DNA of 64,000 nucleotides from Octopus sinensis (lineage: Eukaryota): contig NC_043013.1 of NCBI RefSeq assembly GCF_006345805.1, positions 22,444,001 to 22,508,000 on the forward strand, in the 5' to 3' direction. The stretch's first letter is position 1; each line of letters opens with the position of its first letter. The translations under genes were made by a program, and so were the position numbers. This document shows, one piece after another, positions 1 to 10,596 of this stretch. The notes beneath the pieces were generated by a model. The model worked only from the letters and a program-made list of their open reading frames with translations. It was not told the origin of the DNA and searched no databases.

Positions 1-157
1 AGTGGTTGGCATTAGGAAGGGCATCCAGCTGTAGAAACACTGCCAGATCAGACTGGAGCCTGGTGCAGCCTTCTGGCTTCCCAGAACCCCGGTCGAACCG
101 TCCAACCCATGCTAGCATGGAGAACGGACGTTAAACGATGATGATGATGATGATGAT
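1..157 (+). mobile_element. 3' tail of RTE-family LINE / RTE-tail SINE ending in (GAT)n
   Basis: Near-identical to 7629-7772 (agtggttggc.ttag.aagggcatccagctgtagaaac...cggacgttaaacgatgatgat), which is the 3' end of the RTE ORF copy. Confidence 0.8.
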
Positions 158-180
158 ATATATATATATGTATATGTATA

Positions 181-277
<97 letters not shown>

Positions 278-335
278 ATATTGGAGATGTACTCGCATAG
301 CAAGTAATTTGATCTGAGATCGTATGCTGAAACGA

Positions 336-560
336 AAACAATTGCAGCGTGGAAGGTGTTTATAAGCCATTTAAGAAACACACAAAAGCCGTTCGATTCA
401 CTTCAACATTTAAGTGCTGCACGGACTTTGTCAGTGAACAGGTCGCGGATTTTAGCGACGAAAATATTTTGACAAATTAAACTTAAATGTTGAAGTGAAT
501 CGAACGGCTTTTGTGTGTTTCTTAAATGGCTTATAAACACCTTCCACGCTGCAATTGTTT
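336..560. repeat. Perfect 80-bp inverted repeat (336-415 / 481-560) with a 65-bp spacer, flanked by (TA)n
   Basis: aaacaattgcagcgtgg...caacatttaagt is the exact reverse complement of acttaaatgttg...cacgctgcaattgttt. Confidence 0.95.
427..476 (+). ncRNA. Minimal type-I hammerhead ribozyme, G3-C8 core variant
   Basis: Stem I tttgtca(427-433)/tgacaaa(470-476); core GTGAACA (434-440); stem II gtcgc/gcgac; GAAA (460-463); palindromic helix III aatatt; predicted cleavage after UUU at 469. Confidence 0.7.
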
Positions 561-583
561 ATATATATATACATATACATATA

Positions 584-1869
584 TCAGGTCATCTCATAAG
601 TTCTGTCTGAATTTTGAATAAAGAAAAAAACAAGTGATCAAATGTTATATTTAATTGAAATTTAATCATCAATGTACTTTCCCTGATTATCTATGACTTC
701 CTTCCATCTATTTACAAGCTTTTTAATCCCATCAATGTAAAACTCTTTTAGTTTCGAGGCGAAGAACTCTGAAATGTCAGTTTCGACCTCCTCCTGGCTT
801 GCGAAAATTATGTCCCCCAAATGATTCTGTAAACTACGAAACAAATGGTAGTCTGAAGGAGCAAGGATAAGGTGGATGAGGAATTTTTTTCCCAACCAAG
901 CTCTTCGATCTTCTGTGATGTGATCTTTACAACGTGGGGTCGCGCATTGTCCTGATGAAACATTACTCCTTTTCGATTCACTAAAGCAGGTCTTTTTTTC
1001 TTCAAAGCCTGGTTCAAACGTTCTAATTGCTGACAGTAGACTTGAGCATTGATTGTTGCATTAGGTGGTAACAATTCAAAGTGAATTACTCCTTTGCGTT
1101 CCCACCAGATAGGGAGAAGAACCTTTTTCCCATGAAGTTCTCTTCTCAGTTGTGGTTGAGCTTTTTCCCTTTTACCAAACCCCTGTTTACGACATTTAAC
1201 ATTTCGATAGAAGATCCATTTTTCGTCACCAGTCACAAGTCTATCCAAAATGGGTGAAATGAGTTCGCGAGAATGGAGAGAAGAGCAAATGTTAGCTCGA
1301 GATTTGCGGTTGCTTCTGAACAATTCATGAGGCACCCATTTTCCAAGTTTAGGAACCTTTCCATGTTGTTGAAGATGACGATGAACAGTTGTATGGTTTG
1401 AACTAAGCTTTGTTGCCAATTCTTCAACTGATAATGCAGGATTTTCTTCAAGTAATGCCTCAAGGAGCTTATCATCAAACTCAACTGGATGTCCTGTTCG
1501 ATCTTCATCTTCAAGTCTGAAATCTCCACTTCTGAATTTTGCAAACCATCTTCTGCAAGTTCTTTCATTCAAGCATTCTTTCCCATAAACTGAGTGTATG
1601 TTTCGAGTCGCTTCGGCTGCAGAGTTTCCTTTTTTGTACTCATAAAGCATTATATGTGCCTCAAATGCTCTTTGGATACTTCCATGTTAGAAAAGGTTTT
1701 AATCAAAGAAATTTTAATTCTATTATTCTGTAAAATAATATTTAATTGGTTTAAATCTACACAAATGCATAAAAATAATTCTTAATTCCATTAGACAATC
1801 TAAAATACTCTTAAATTACATTCAATTTTAAAAAAGGTAAAATCGGACAGAACTTATGGGAGGACCTGA
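584..1869 (-). mobile_element. Full-length (1286 bp) mariner DD34D element
   Basis: TIRs tcaggtcatctcataagttctgtctga / tcggacagaacttatgggaggacctga; TA dinucleotide on both sides (582-583, 1870-1871). Confidence 0.95.
662..1685 (-). pseudogene. Mariner transposase, frameshifted
   Basis: ATG at 1685 (MEVSKEHLRH) with a 2-nt shift into MLYEYKKG; motifs WVPHEL, TGDEKW, QDNARPH and LAPSDYHLF; second frameshift near 890. Confidence 0.92.
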
Positions 1870-1889
1870 TACATATATACATGCATAAA

Positions 1890-2122
1890 TCCTTTATCTT
1901 TCACTCGTTTCAGTCATCAGGCTGTAGCCATGCTGGAGCAGCACCTTGAAGACTCTTTAGCTGACTGAACTGACCCCGTTAATTGTTTCTTTTAAAAACT
2001 GGTGCCTATTCCACCAGTCTCTTTTGCTGAACTGCAAAGTTACAGAGACATAAACACATCAGCTCTGGTTGTTAAGCAGTGGCAGGGACAAATACACACA
2101 CAAATACACACACACACACACA

Positions 2123-2179
<57 letters not shown>

Positions 2180-2350
2180 ACACATACGTGTACATTCTTC
2201 GTTCAGTTTCCATCCTCCGAATCCACTCACAAAGGCGCTGGTTGGTCCTAGGTTAGATCAGACGACACACTTGCGCAAGGCGCCACGCAGTGGGACTGAA
2301 CCTGAAGCTATGTGATTGGGAAGCAAACTTCTTACCACACAGCCACACCA
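1890..2350 (-). mobile_element. tRNA-derived (CORE-type) SINE with internal (CA)n
   Basis: Reverse complement reads tggctgtgtggtaagaag...ggttcagtcccactgcgtggc (A/B-box head). Related copies at 10218-10590(+), 20760-21090(+), 32430-32755(-) and 51195-51515(-). Confidence 0.75.
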
Positions 2351-2962
2351 CCACCCATATTGATTTATATTGCGCATAACATTGTCTTTCTCTCTCGCTC
2401 TCTCTCTCTCTCTCTTTCTCTCGCTACCTCTCACGTATACACCACCCACATCTTTCTTTCCTTCCACTCTCCTCATTAATCTTGGCTTCTTTCAAAAGGT
2501 AATTAATCCACATAAATAAGTCTCATATCCGGCTGAGTGCAATAATTATTACTGTGTTATTAGACTGACGTCTTCCTAAGAGACAAATGGTCAGAACAAA
2601 CAGATCAAAGCAGACCAGAAATAACCCTGGCATTGGCAACGGGCATAGCAACAACCTCCAGTGTCTTCCTTTGCCTTCCTCCATGCAGTGCCAGAGGGAA
2701 GGATTGCAGTGAACTCCTGCCAAAGAAACAGGTCAGACCACAAGCCTCTGTACAGGCTCCTGACCTGCTAGACTCAGCACTCAAATTACCTTCAAATCAC
2801 ATTTGTTAATGGCATGATGGATCATAAATATTGTCCTTGAAGGAAGACCCAGGCTAAACCACAACGACAATAGCAAATTAGACCAACAACGAACTTTTGT
2901 CTGGTTGCTCACTTACCAGAAATAACACAATGAATCTCAGAATATATACAAATATACATATA

Positions 2963-3724
2963 TCATCATCGTCGTCGTTTAACGTCCGTTTTCCATGCTA
3001 GCACGAGCTCGACGGTTCGACCGGAGTCTGGGAAGCCAGGAGGCTGCACCAGGCTTCAATCTTGATCTGGCAGAGTTTCTACGGCTGGATGCCCTTCCTA
3101 ACGCCAACCACTCCATGAGTGTAGTGGGTGCTTTTTACGTGCTACTGGCACAGGTGCCAAGGAAGGCTGACAGCGGCCACGATTGGTTGGTGCTTTTTAC
3201 ATGCCACTGGCACAGAAGCCAGTCAAGGCAGTGCTGGCATCGGCCACGTTCGGATGGTGCTTTTTACGTGCCACCGGCACAGGTATCACAACAACAATTT
3301 CCATTTGATATTTATTTTGATGTTGATGTACTTGACTCAATAGGTCTCCTCAAGCACAGCAGGTCGTTCTGCAATCCAAGGTACTTTGGATGGGCTGGGG
3401 CTATGTGAAACAGGAAATAGCCATGAACTCACATTATTTGTCAGGTTTTTGCAGTCACAGCATATCTCCAGAGATCTCGGTCTTTCGTCATTGCCTCTGT
3501 GAAGCCCAACGTTCGAAGGTCATGCTTGACTACCTCATCCCATATCTTCCTGGGTCTACCTCTCCCCTGGATACCTTCAACTTTTTGGGAGTAGCACATC
3601 TCTCCTCATCCACCCATAGTACATGGCCATACCAGCGCAAACGTCTCTCTTGTACACCACATCCGATGCTTCTTATGTCCAACATTTCTCTCAGGGCGCT
3701 TACACTCTGTCGTGTGTGCACACT
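2963..3724 (-). mobile_element. 5'-truncated RTE LINE (C-terminus and 3'UTR)
   Basis: Minus ORF ...LREMLDIRSIGCGVQERRLRWYGHVL matches the 6061-7242 copy; same 3'UTR and (GAT) tail. Confidence 0.88.
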
Positions 3725-3742
3725 GTATATATATATATATAT

Positions 3743-4407
3743 ATACATAAAAGTAAATAAATGGCACAACGAAGTACCGATATTTTTTTCATGTTTGTTG
3801 CACACACGCATCGTTACTAGTACATACGCAGTGAAGCTATACATTAGCGTCGTATTTATTCGCTATTTTCCAGTAAATATCGGTACTTCGTTGTGCCATT
3901 TATTTACTTTTATGTATAATTTTCCCTCACGGGCTATTCTTTACTGGTAAGCAATACTCTCGTATTGCATTACTATTTCCATTGAAACTTCTTCACTGTT
4001 CTCGTTCTGTCAACGTTTTGGCGTTCAGTCGAGTGTACTGGCATAGATGTGGCAACATTTGAAATATTGTCGAGGTATATGTGGCTGATGAGGATAAATC
4101 AAATATATGTTGGCAGACATATTTTGAAGAATCTGAAACCGGTACCACATTAACCATTTCTAGGTATTTCATTTTTCAGATGTTTTTCCTAGAGGTAAGA
4201 CAATTTTTTTCATCTTTGTTGCATACACGCATCTTTACTAGTACATACGCAGTGAAGCTATACATTAGCGTCGTATTTATTACGTTCGCTATTTTCCAGT
4301 AAATATCGGTACTTCGTTGTGCCATTTATTTACTTTTATGTATAATTTTACCCTCACGGGCTATCCTTTACTGGAAAGCAATACTCTCGTATTGCATTAC
4401 TATTTTC

Positions 4408-4410
<3 letters not shown>
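3743..4410 (+). repeat. pLTR-like cassette: direct repeat (~3785-3985 / ~4203-4410) plus short inverted copy (3743-3783), between (TA)n tracts
   Basis: ttgttgca.acacgcatc.ttactagtacatacgcagtgaagc...gcattactattt occurs twice; tacataaaagtaaataaatggcacaacgaagtaccgatat is the reverse complement of ~3877-3917. Confidence 0.85.
4079..4150 (+). ncRNA. Minimal type-I hammerhead ribozyme
   Basis: Stem I atgtgg/ccacat; CTGATGA at 4085-4091; stem II ggat...atct with inner hairpin; GAAA at 4135-4138; palindromic accggt; GUA cleavage triplet. Confidence 0.8.
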
Positions 4411-4442
<32 letters not shown>

Positions 4443-4572
4443 TTCAGCAAAAATTTAGATTCGAATGAATATGGTACTTAATTTAGATGCACCAGAATTT
4501 TGTATGGTGTTATCCATAAAAATTTGCGGGGTGATTATAATCAAAATAAGCAACAAGAATGACTCCGGTAAT

Positions 4573-4658
4573 TTGGTACAATTGTTTCGCACTACATCAT
4601 TTTATTAAAAGTTGTAAGTATTACAGCAAATTTAAGATGCTGAGTGCTCATCAGCCAA
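4573..4658 (-). ncRNA. Minimal type-I hammerhead ribozyme (inverted copy)
   Basis: Reverse complement: ttgg CTGATGA gcact...agtgc GAAA caattg TA ccaa. Confidence 0.8.
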
Positions 4659-5068
4659 TTATATAGGTTTTCCATAAATACAAAAGCTTTCAAATCAAGT
4701 AGCAACATTATAGAGAAGGTAGATATACAGACAAATATGTAGATTTAAATTTTAAGAACACATGAGGTAGTGAAGTCCAACCACTGACTGACCAAGCTAT
4801 GGCTGTATCTAACTGCTATAAGGTTAGAAGTAATAAAGATTTTTTAGTTGTAGGAATGGGGTAAAGGAAGTTTCAGAATACCATAAAAGGAATTCAAGTT
4901 GCTACTAACAAAATGCCAATTATTACTATTTGGTGAGAGGAACTAGGTCAATGTCAAATGGTCATTAATCCCCTTAAATTTAAATCTACATCTTTGTCTG
5001 TATATCTACCTTCTCTATAATGTTGCTACTTGATTTGAAAGCTTTTGTATTTATGGAAAACCTATAAA

Positions 5069-5154
5069 TTGGCTGATGAGCACTCAGCATCTTAAATCTG
5101 CTGTAATACTTACAACTTTTAATAAAATGGTGTAGTGCGAAACAATTGTACCAA
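5069..5154 (+). ncRNA. Minimal type-I hammerhead ribozyme
   Basis: ttgg CTGATGA gcact...agtgc GAAA caattg TA ccaa; palindromic helix III acaattgt; GUA triplet. Confidence 0.82.
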
Positions 5155-5185
5155 ACTACCGGAGTCATTCTTGTTGCTTATTTTG

Positions 5186-5224
<39 letters not shown>

Positions 5225-5319
5225 ATGGTATGACAACAAAAGAATGAATGAGACCTCGATATTATGTAAATAGAAGAATTTATCTGTAATATAATATGTG
5301 ACAATTATTCAGTTGCCAT

Positions 5320-5380
5320 AATAAAACTCCGAGTTTCGGATGTCGGAGTGGAAATCTGCTCCGGCATCTCGTCAGTTATT
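5320..5380 (-). ncRNA. Type-I hammerhead ribozyme (CUGACGA family)
   Basis: Reverse complement: aataa CTGACGA gatgccggag...ctccgacatc c GAAA ctcggag TT ttatt; GUU triplet. Confidence 0.7.
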
Positions 5381-5389
5381 AAGACAATC

Positions 5390-5540
5390 AATATATATTA
5401 TATTATATATATTTTTTACATATTTTTATTGCTTTATATATTTTTACATATATTTTTATATATATTTTTATTGCTTTATATATTTTTACATATATTTTTA
5501 TATATTTTTTTATTGCTTTATATATTTTTACATAATTTTC
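5390..5540. repeat. AT-rich minisatellite, ~42-bp unit x ~3.5
   Basis: atatttttattgctttatatatttttacatatatttttatat repeated. Confidence 0.85.
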
Positions 5541-5985
5541 TGTATATCACCTTTCACTCTACATTTTTCTTGTGCATATGCGTAGACCTGTATATGAAAA
5601 TTTTTGTGCGCATATATACGTGTGTGTGTGTATGTGTGTGTGTGTGTGCAGGTATGTATATGTGTACATGTGTATGGTTGCATATATATGTGCACATATA
5701 GGGGTGTGTGTAGGTGTGCATGTATGTGTTTTACGCAAGTGTGAGTGAGCATATGCATATAGGCACATGTACGTGGGTGTGCGTGCGCGCATGTGTATGT
5801 TTGTAATGCGCACATACGCGAATTCTATGAGTGTTTTTACATTTTTTACTTTCTCCCCTTTGGGGCTTTTCCCCTCTATATAACGGTCATTCTAATAGCT
5901 CTTTTGTTTGTCTTAATAACGGTCATTTACATAGTAGTTTTCCTTTGTTTAATGGTCATTTTCATAGCATTTTTTGATTGCCTTG

Positions 5986-6044
5986 ATAACTGACGACGTG
6001 CAGGAGCAGATTTCCACCCCGACATCTGAAACCCGGAGTTTTAT
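5986..6044 (+). ncRNA. Degenerate hammerhead, inverted partner of 5320-5380
   Basis: ataa CTGACGA ... GAAA cccggag TT ttat; stem II partly broken. Part of an inverted repeat ~5298-5392 / ~5975-6067. Confidence 0.55.
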
Positions 6045-6065
6045 TATGACAACCGAATAATTGTC

Positions 6066-7772
6066 ACGTCTGGAGATCGACGAATGGCTAATAAGGGCTG
6101 TACAGGCCCTATACAGAGAGGCTGTCAGCAAGGTTAGGATTGGCAATGAATATAGTGAAGAATTCCGGGTAGAAGTAGGTGTACACCAAGGCTCAGCCCT
6201 CAGTCCATTTTTATTCATCATAGTCCTCCAGGCAATAACAGAGGAATTCAAAACAGGTTGCCCCTGGGAGCTCCTCTATGCTGATGACCTGGCTCTCATA
6301 GCAGAATCACTACCGGAACTAGAAAAGAAATTTCGGGTGTGGAAGCAAGGGTTAGAATCAAAGGGCCTCAGAGTAAATGTAGCAAAGACCAAAGTTATAG
6401 TAAGCAGAAAGGTGAACTCAACACACACCCCCTCGGGCAGGTGGCCCTGCTCGATCTGTAGGAAAGGTGTAGGTAGAAACTCCATAAGATGCACCCAGTG
6501 TAAGCTATGGACGCATAAGAGGTGCAGCAACATCAAAGGGAAATTAACTGATAAGATAGCTTTCATGTGCGGCAGATGCACAGGGACAATAGACACCACA
6601 GATACTCAGAAAACAGATTCCATCACATTCCAGGGGGAGAAACTAGAAGTAGTTGATAGTTTCCGCTACCTGGGTGACCAAGTTAGTAGTGGAGGTGGAT
6701 GCTCAGAGAGTGTCACCACTAGAATACGAATAGCCTGGGCAAAGTTCGGAAAGCTCCTACCCCTACTGGCGACAAAGGGTCTCTCGCTCAAAGTGAAAGG
6801 TAGATTGTATGACGCATGTGTGCGAACTGCCATGCATCACGGTAGTGAAACATGGGCTGTGACTGCAGAGGACATGCATAGACTTGAAAGGAATGAAGCT
6901 AGCATGATCCGCTGGATGTGTAATGTCAGTGTGCGCGCACAACAGAAGGTAAGCACCCTGAGAGAAATGTTGGACATAAGAAGCATCAGATGTGGTGTGC
7001 AAGAATGACACTTGTGATGGTATGGTCATGTACTGCGGATGGATGAGGAGAGATGTGTGAAGAAGTGCCACTCCCAAACAGTTGAAGGTATCAGGGGGAG
7101 AGGTAGACCCAGGAACACATGGGATGAGGAGCATGACCTCAGAGCATTGGGCCTCACTGAGGCAATGGCGAAGGACCGAGATCTCTGGAGATATGCTGTG
7201 ACTGCAAAGACCCGGGCTGCTTCCTGCACCAGTTCCGCATAGCCCCTGCCCATTCAAAGTACCTTGGATTCCAGAACATCCCGCTGTGGTTGAGGAGACC
7301 TGTTGAGTCAAGTACATGAACATCGAAATAAATATCAATGGAAATAGTAGTTGTGATACCTGTGCCGGTGGCACATAAAAAGCACCATCTGAACGTGGCC
7401 GTTGCCAGCACCGCCTCGACTGGATTCTGTGCCGGTGGCACATAAAAAGCACCATCCGAACGTGGCCAATGCCAGCGCCGCCTCGACTGGCTTCTGTGCC
7501 GGTGGCACATAAAAAGCACCATCCGAACGTGGCCGATGCCAGTGCCGCCTTGGCTGGCTTCCATGCCGGTGGCACGTTAAAAGCACCAACCGATCGTGGC
7601 ATGTAAAAAGCACCCACTACACTCGCGGAGTGGTTGGCGTTAGCAAGGGCATCCAGCTGTAGAAACACTGCCAGATCAGACTAGAGCCTGGTGCAGCCCC
7701 TGGCTTCCCAGACCCCAGTCGAACCGTCCAACCCGTGCTAGCACGGAAAACGGACGTTAAACGATGATGATG
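6066..7772 (+). mobile_element. 5'-truncated RTE-clade LINE: RT with inserted PHD finger, C-terminus, tandem-repeat 3'UTR, (GAT)n tail
   Basis: Motifs VHQGSALSP, LLYADDL, FRYLG, HGSETW and RGRGRPRNTW; premature TGA at 7006-7008; tail aaacgatgatgatgat. Confidence 0.93.
7364..7620 (+). repeat. 67-bp tandem array (about 4 units) in the RTE 3'UTR
   Basis: gccggtggcac starts at 7364, 7431, 7498 and 7565. Confidence 0.9.
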
Positions 7773-8384
7773 ATTATATTACAGATATATATATATACAT
7801 ACATATATATAAATGTATGCATGTATGTATGTCTTAAGGATGTATCATGCGCGGGGACATAGAAATAATCGGACTGAATACCCGATCGTGCGGTTAAATC
7901 ATTGGGAGTGAAGGACTCCTAGCCTTTGTTAGGGCATCCCTCTAGAAGAAGGTAACGCAGGTAACTGGGATAACTCCGACATAAAACCTGCGGCTCAGTG
8001 GTTACCGATGATGTTGATTTGTCCTTTTCGGATTATGGCTGCTGTTGCTTAGTGAGTGGGATTGACTCAGTGCACAGCCTTTCCTCACTTTAAAAAAAAA
8101 TCTTCTTGCACAGGCATTGCACGATAACAACATTGATTAAGCTACGCACAATGGCCATACTCGACAACAAGGGGACAGCCACCATGTATGTATGTATGTA
8201 TGTATGTATACATATATGTGTGTGTGTATATTTGGATAACTTATTATTTCTGAGGTGTTCCACTAGCTTTGAGATATATGTAGCTTGGAGTTTATCTACT
8301 TCATTCCCTGAATTGTTGGGGACATAGATGTTATCAAAGGGTCACTGGAGTAGTTATGTTTAATGGAAAATAATTTATTTACCA

Positions 8385-8885
8385 AAGTTTGAACATCCTT
8401 TCCTTCGGAATATTCACCTTGTGCAGCAATAGACTGGTTCCAGTGTTCCTGCCACTTTTGGAATCTGTCCTGGAAGTCGTTTTCTGTAAGTGAATTCCAC
8501 CCTTTTGCAATTCACTCTGGATCTCAACAACAGGGTTAAAACTGTGACCTTTGAACTGCATTTTCATCTAGGGTGATGAAATTTGGTGAATAGGGTAGGT
8601 GTGGAAACAATACTTGAATGAGGAGAGCTCAGTGAGAAATCCAATTCTTTGTGTTCCACAGATCTGGTTGCTTTCAATGAATGTCCCCCCCACCGCCTCA
8701 AATGCTTCAAAACATCGCAGTAGAACTCTTAATTGACAGTCTGGCCCTGGGGGTGGAATTCTCGATGCACAAAACCACATTTCCAGGGATGATGCTTGTG
8801 GCAGGTCTTCTAGATCACTTATTGTCTTTCAGAGACGTTCTTCCATTTTTAAGGTCCCCATGCCACTCAAAACATTGCATACAAC
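8385..8885 (-). mobile_element. Decayed mariner transposase remnant
   Basis: Minus-strand pieces KMQFKGHSF..VVEIQSELQK and FQKWQEHWNQSIAAQGEYSEG, a typical mariner C-terminus. Confidence 0.65.
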
Positions 8886-9624
8886 CCATTGCTTCGTATG
8901 TGTGCTTGTGTGCATTTGGTTGTGTGTGTGTGCATTTGTGTGTGTGTGTGTGTGTAAAATTGTGGCTGGGCTTAAAAGTCATACAAGGATATCACATCGC
9001 ACCAAAGATAATTTCAGTAAATCTTTTTGGCTATGGCTTTTCTCGTGTAACGAGGGTGCAGATATGATATATATATATATATATGATGACGATGGTGATG
9101 ATATATATATGCTAACACACATATGCATGACATGCTGTATGTTCATAAAGTATGAAGTTTCTTTCTGTTTTAATGAGAACTTGTAACGATATTGGAAATA
9201 CACTTAGAAAACGATTCAATAATGCACCACCAGCCGACAGGGTGTTGGACAACTTAGCGAGCAAATGTAAACAGGTTTTATACATGATAAAAAAACATGT
9301 TGTTGCATGAAAGCAGTAAATAACTTGAATGTAGTAAAATGAATTGTCAATGAGGTTTTATACACATGTGTTCATGCAGCAGTAAAGAGAGTCATTCTTG
9401 AGGTCACTGACTCACAGAATTGTCAATTTTCCTGTACTGAGTAGAGTGGGTTGGTTTCTTAGAATACAGCCATAGCAAAAACTTATCTGACAAAATGTAA
9501 TCAAATTTGGAAATGTTTTGTCCCATGCAGGAAGTGCAGCAGCTAATCGGGAGTTCTGCAAGCTTTCCTTCTAAATCCATTGCAAGGCTGGAAAAACTTT
9601 TGATATCATCGGCAGGTATTCATC

Positions 9625-9850
9625 ATTTATATTATTTACATTTAACGGATATTAGTCCTCATCTTGTTTGTTAACACAGCCTTCTTCAAGTGTCTTGGGG
9701 AAATTTCAAACCTGGGTTCTCATTCCTAAGGTATTTTTCAATGTTATCATTATCATCATTATTATTATTATTATTATTATTCAGGTCACTGCTTGGAATC
9801 GAACTCAGAATCTTGGGGTTAGTCGCCCACACTGTTAACCACTACACCAT
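9625..9850 (-). mobile_element. tRNA-headed hammerhead-family element, internally deleted copy
   Basis: Reverse complement matches 10620-10840, but most of the hammerhead stem II and GAAA segment is deleted. Confidence 0.75.
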
Positions 9851-9961
9851 ATTTCTTTTTATTTTCATTACAAATAAGGAGCAAATTAAAGAATAGCGTT
9901 AGACATTCTTTCTTTCAAAAGCATTCCTAATGGGATGTGCTTACTGCTGAACTTTTAGTGA

Positions 9962-10176
9962 TTTCAAATTTTGGCACAGAGCCAGCAATTGTAGGAGAAA
10001 TGGTCAGTCGATTACTTTGACCCCACGATTTAATTGGTTCTTATTTTTATCAACTCTGAAAGGATAAAAAGCAAAGTCATCTTTGGCAGAATTTGAATTC
10101 AGGACCTAATGATTGACAGAATGCCACTAGCCACTTTGCCCAGTGGACTAACAATTCTGCCAGTTTGTTGTCTTAA
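9962..10176 (-). mobile_element. tRNA-derived SINE with Meta-type central domain
   Basis: Reverse complement gactttgctttttatcctttcagagttgataaaaataagaacc. Better copies at 34248-34460, 43957-44175 and 49141-49310. Confidence 0.7.
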
Positions 10177-10596
10177 AGTGGCGGGGGGGGGGGGTCTAAA
10201 TAATATTGAAGTTCATGGTGTAGCTGTGGTTAATGATCTTGCTTCCCAGCCATCATGCGGTGTCAGGGTTCAGTCCCACTGGACAGCACTTTGGCCCTCC
10301 GTCTTCCACTCAGATGGCCTAAAAGCCTCAGGAGTAAATTTGATTGGCAGAATACCATCAGGGAGGTATGGTGTGTGTGTGTGTGTGCATGCGCGCGCCC
10401 TTGCCTTGACATCACATGTTGGTTGCAAACATTACCTTCCTAGAAGCAAGGCTGTTTGTTTCCAGTCTTCCTTGAAAAACCTGTCTGGGCCATGGGGGGG
10501 GGGTGGGGACAGGTGAGGGTTGGTTGCAGGAAGGGCATCTAGCCAGAAAAAGAAATTTGCCTCAACAAAAGTCCATCTGAACCATGGAAAACTGGT

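Larger units (their letters stand above)
4536..5191. repeat. ~215-bp inverted repeat (4536-4752 / 4976-5191), each arm carrying a hammerhead
   Basis: tataatcaaaataagcaacaagaatgactccggta...gtagatttaaattt is mirrored by aaatttaaatctac...tcttgttgcttattttgattata with a few mismatches. Confidence 0.92.

Noticed and set aside
48-381. ORFs rich in YI/HT/LS repeats (also at 2002-2315, 42368-42704, 53120-53585, 55011-55858)
   Set aside because: They are translations of (TA)n, (CA)n and (TCTA)n microsatellites, not genes.
7364-7620. CRISPR-like repeat/spacer appearance (also 52020-52320)
   Set aside because: The spacers are homologous to each other, the array sits in a LINE 3'UTR, the context is eukaryotic and there are no cas genes.
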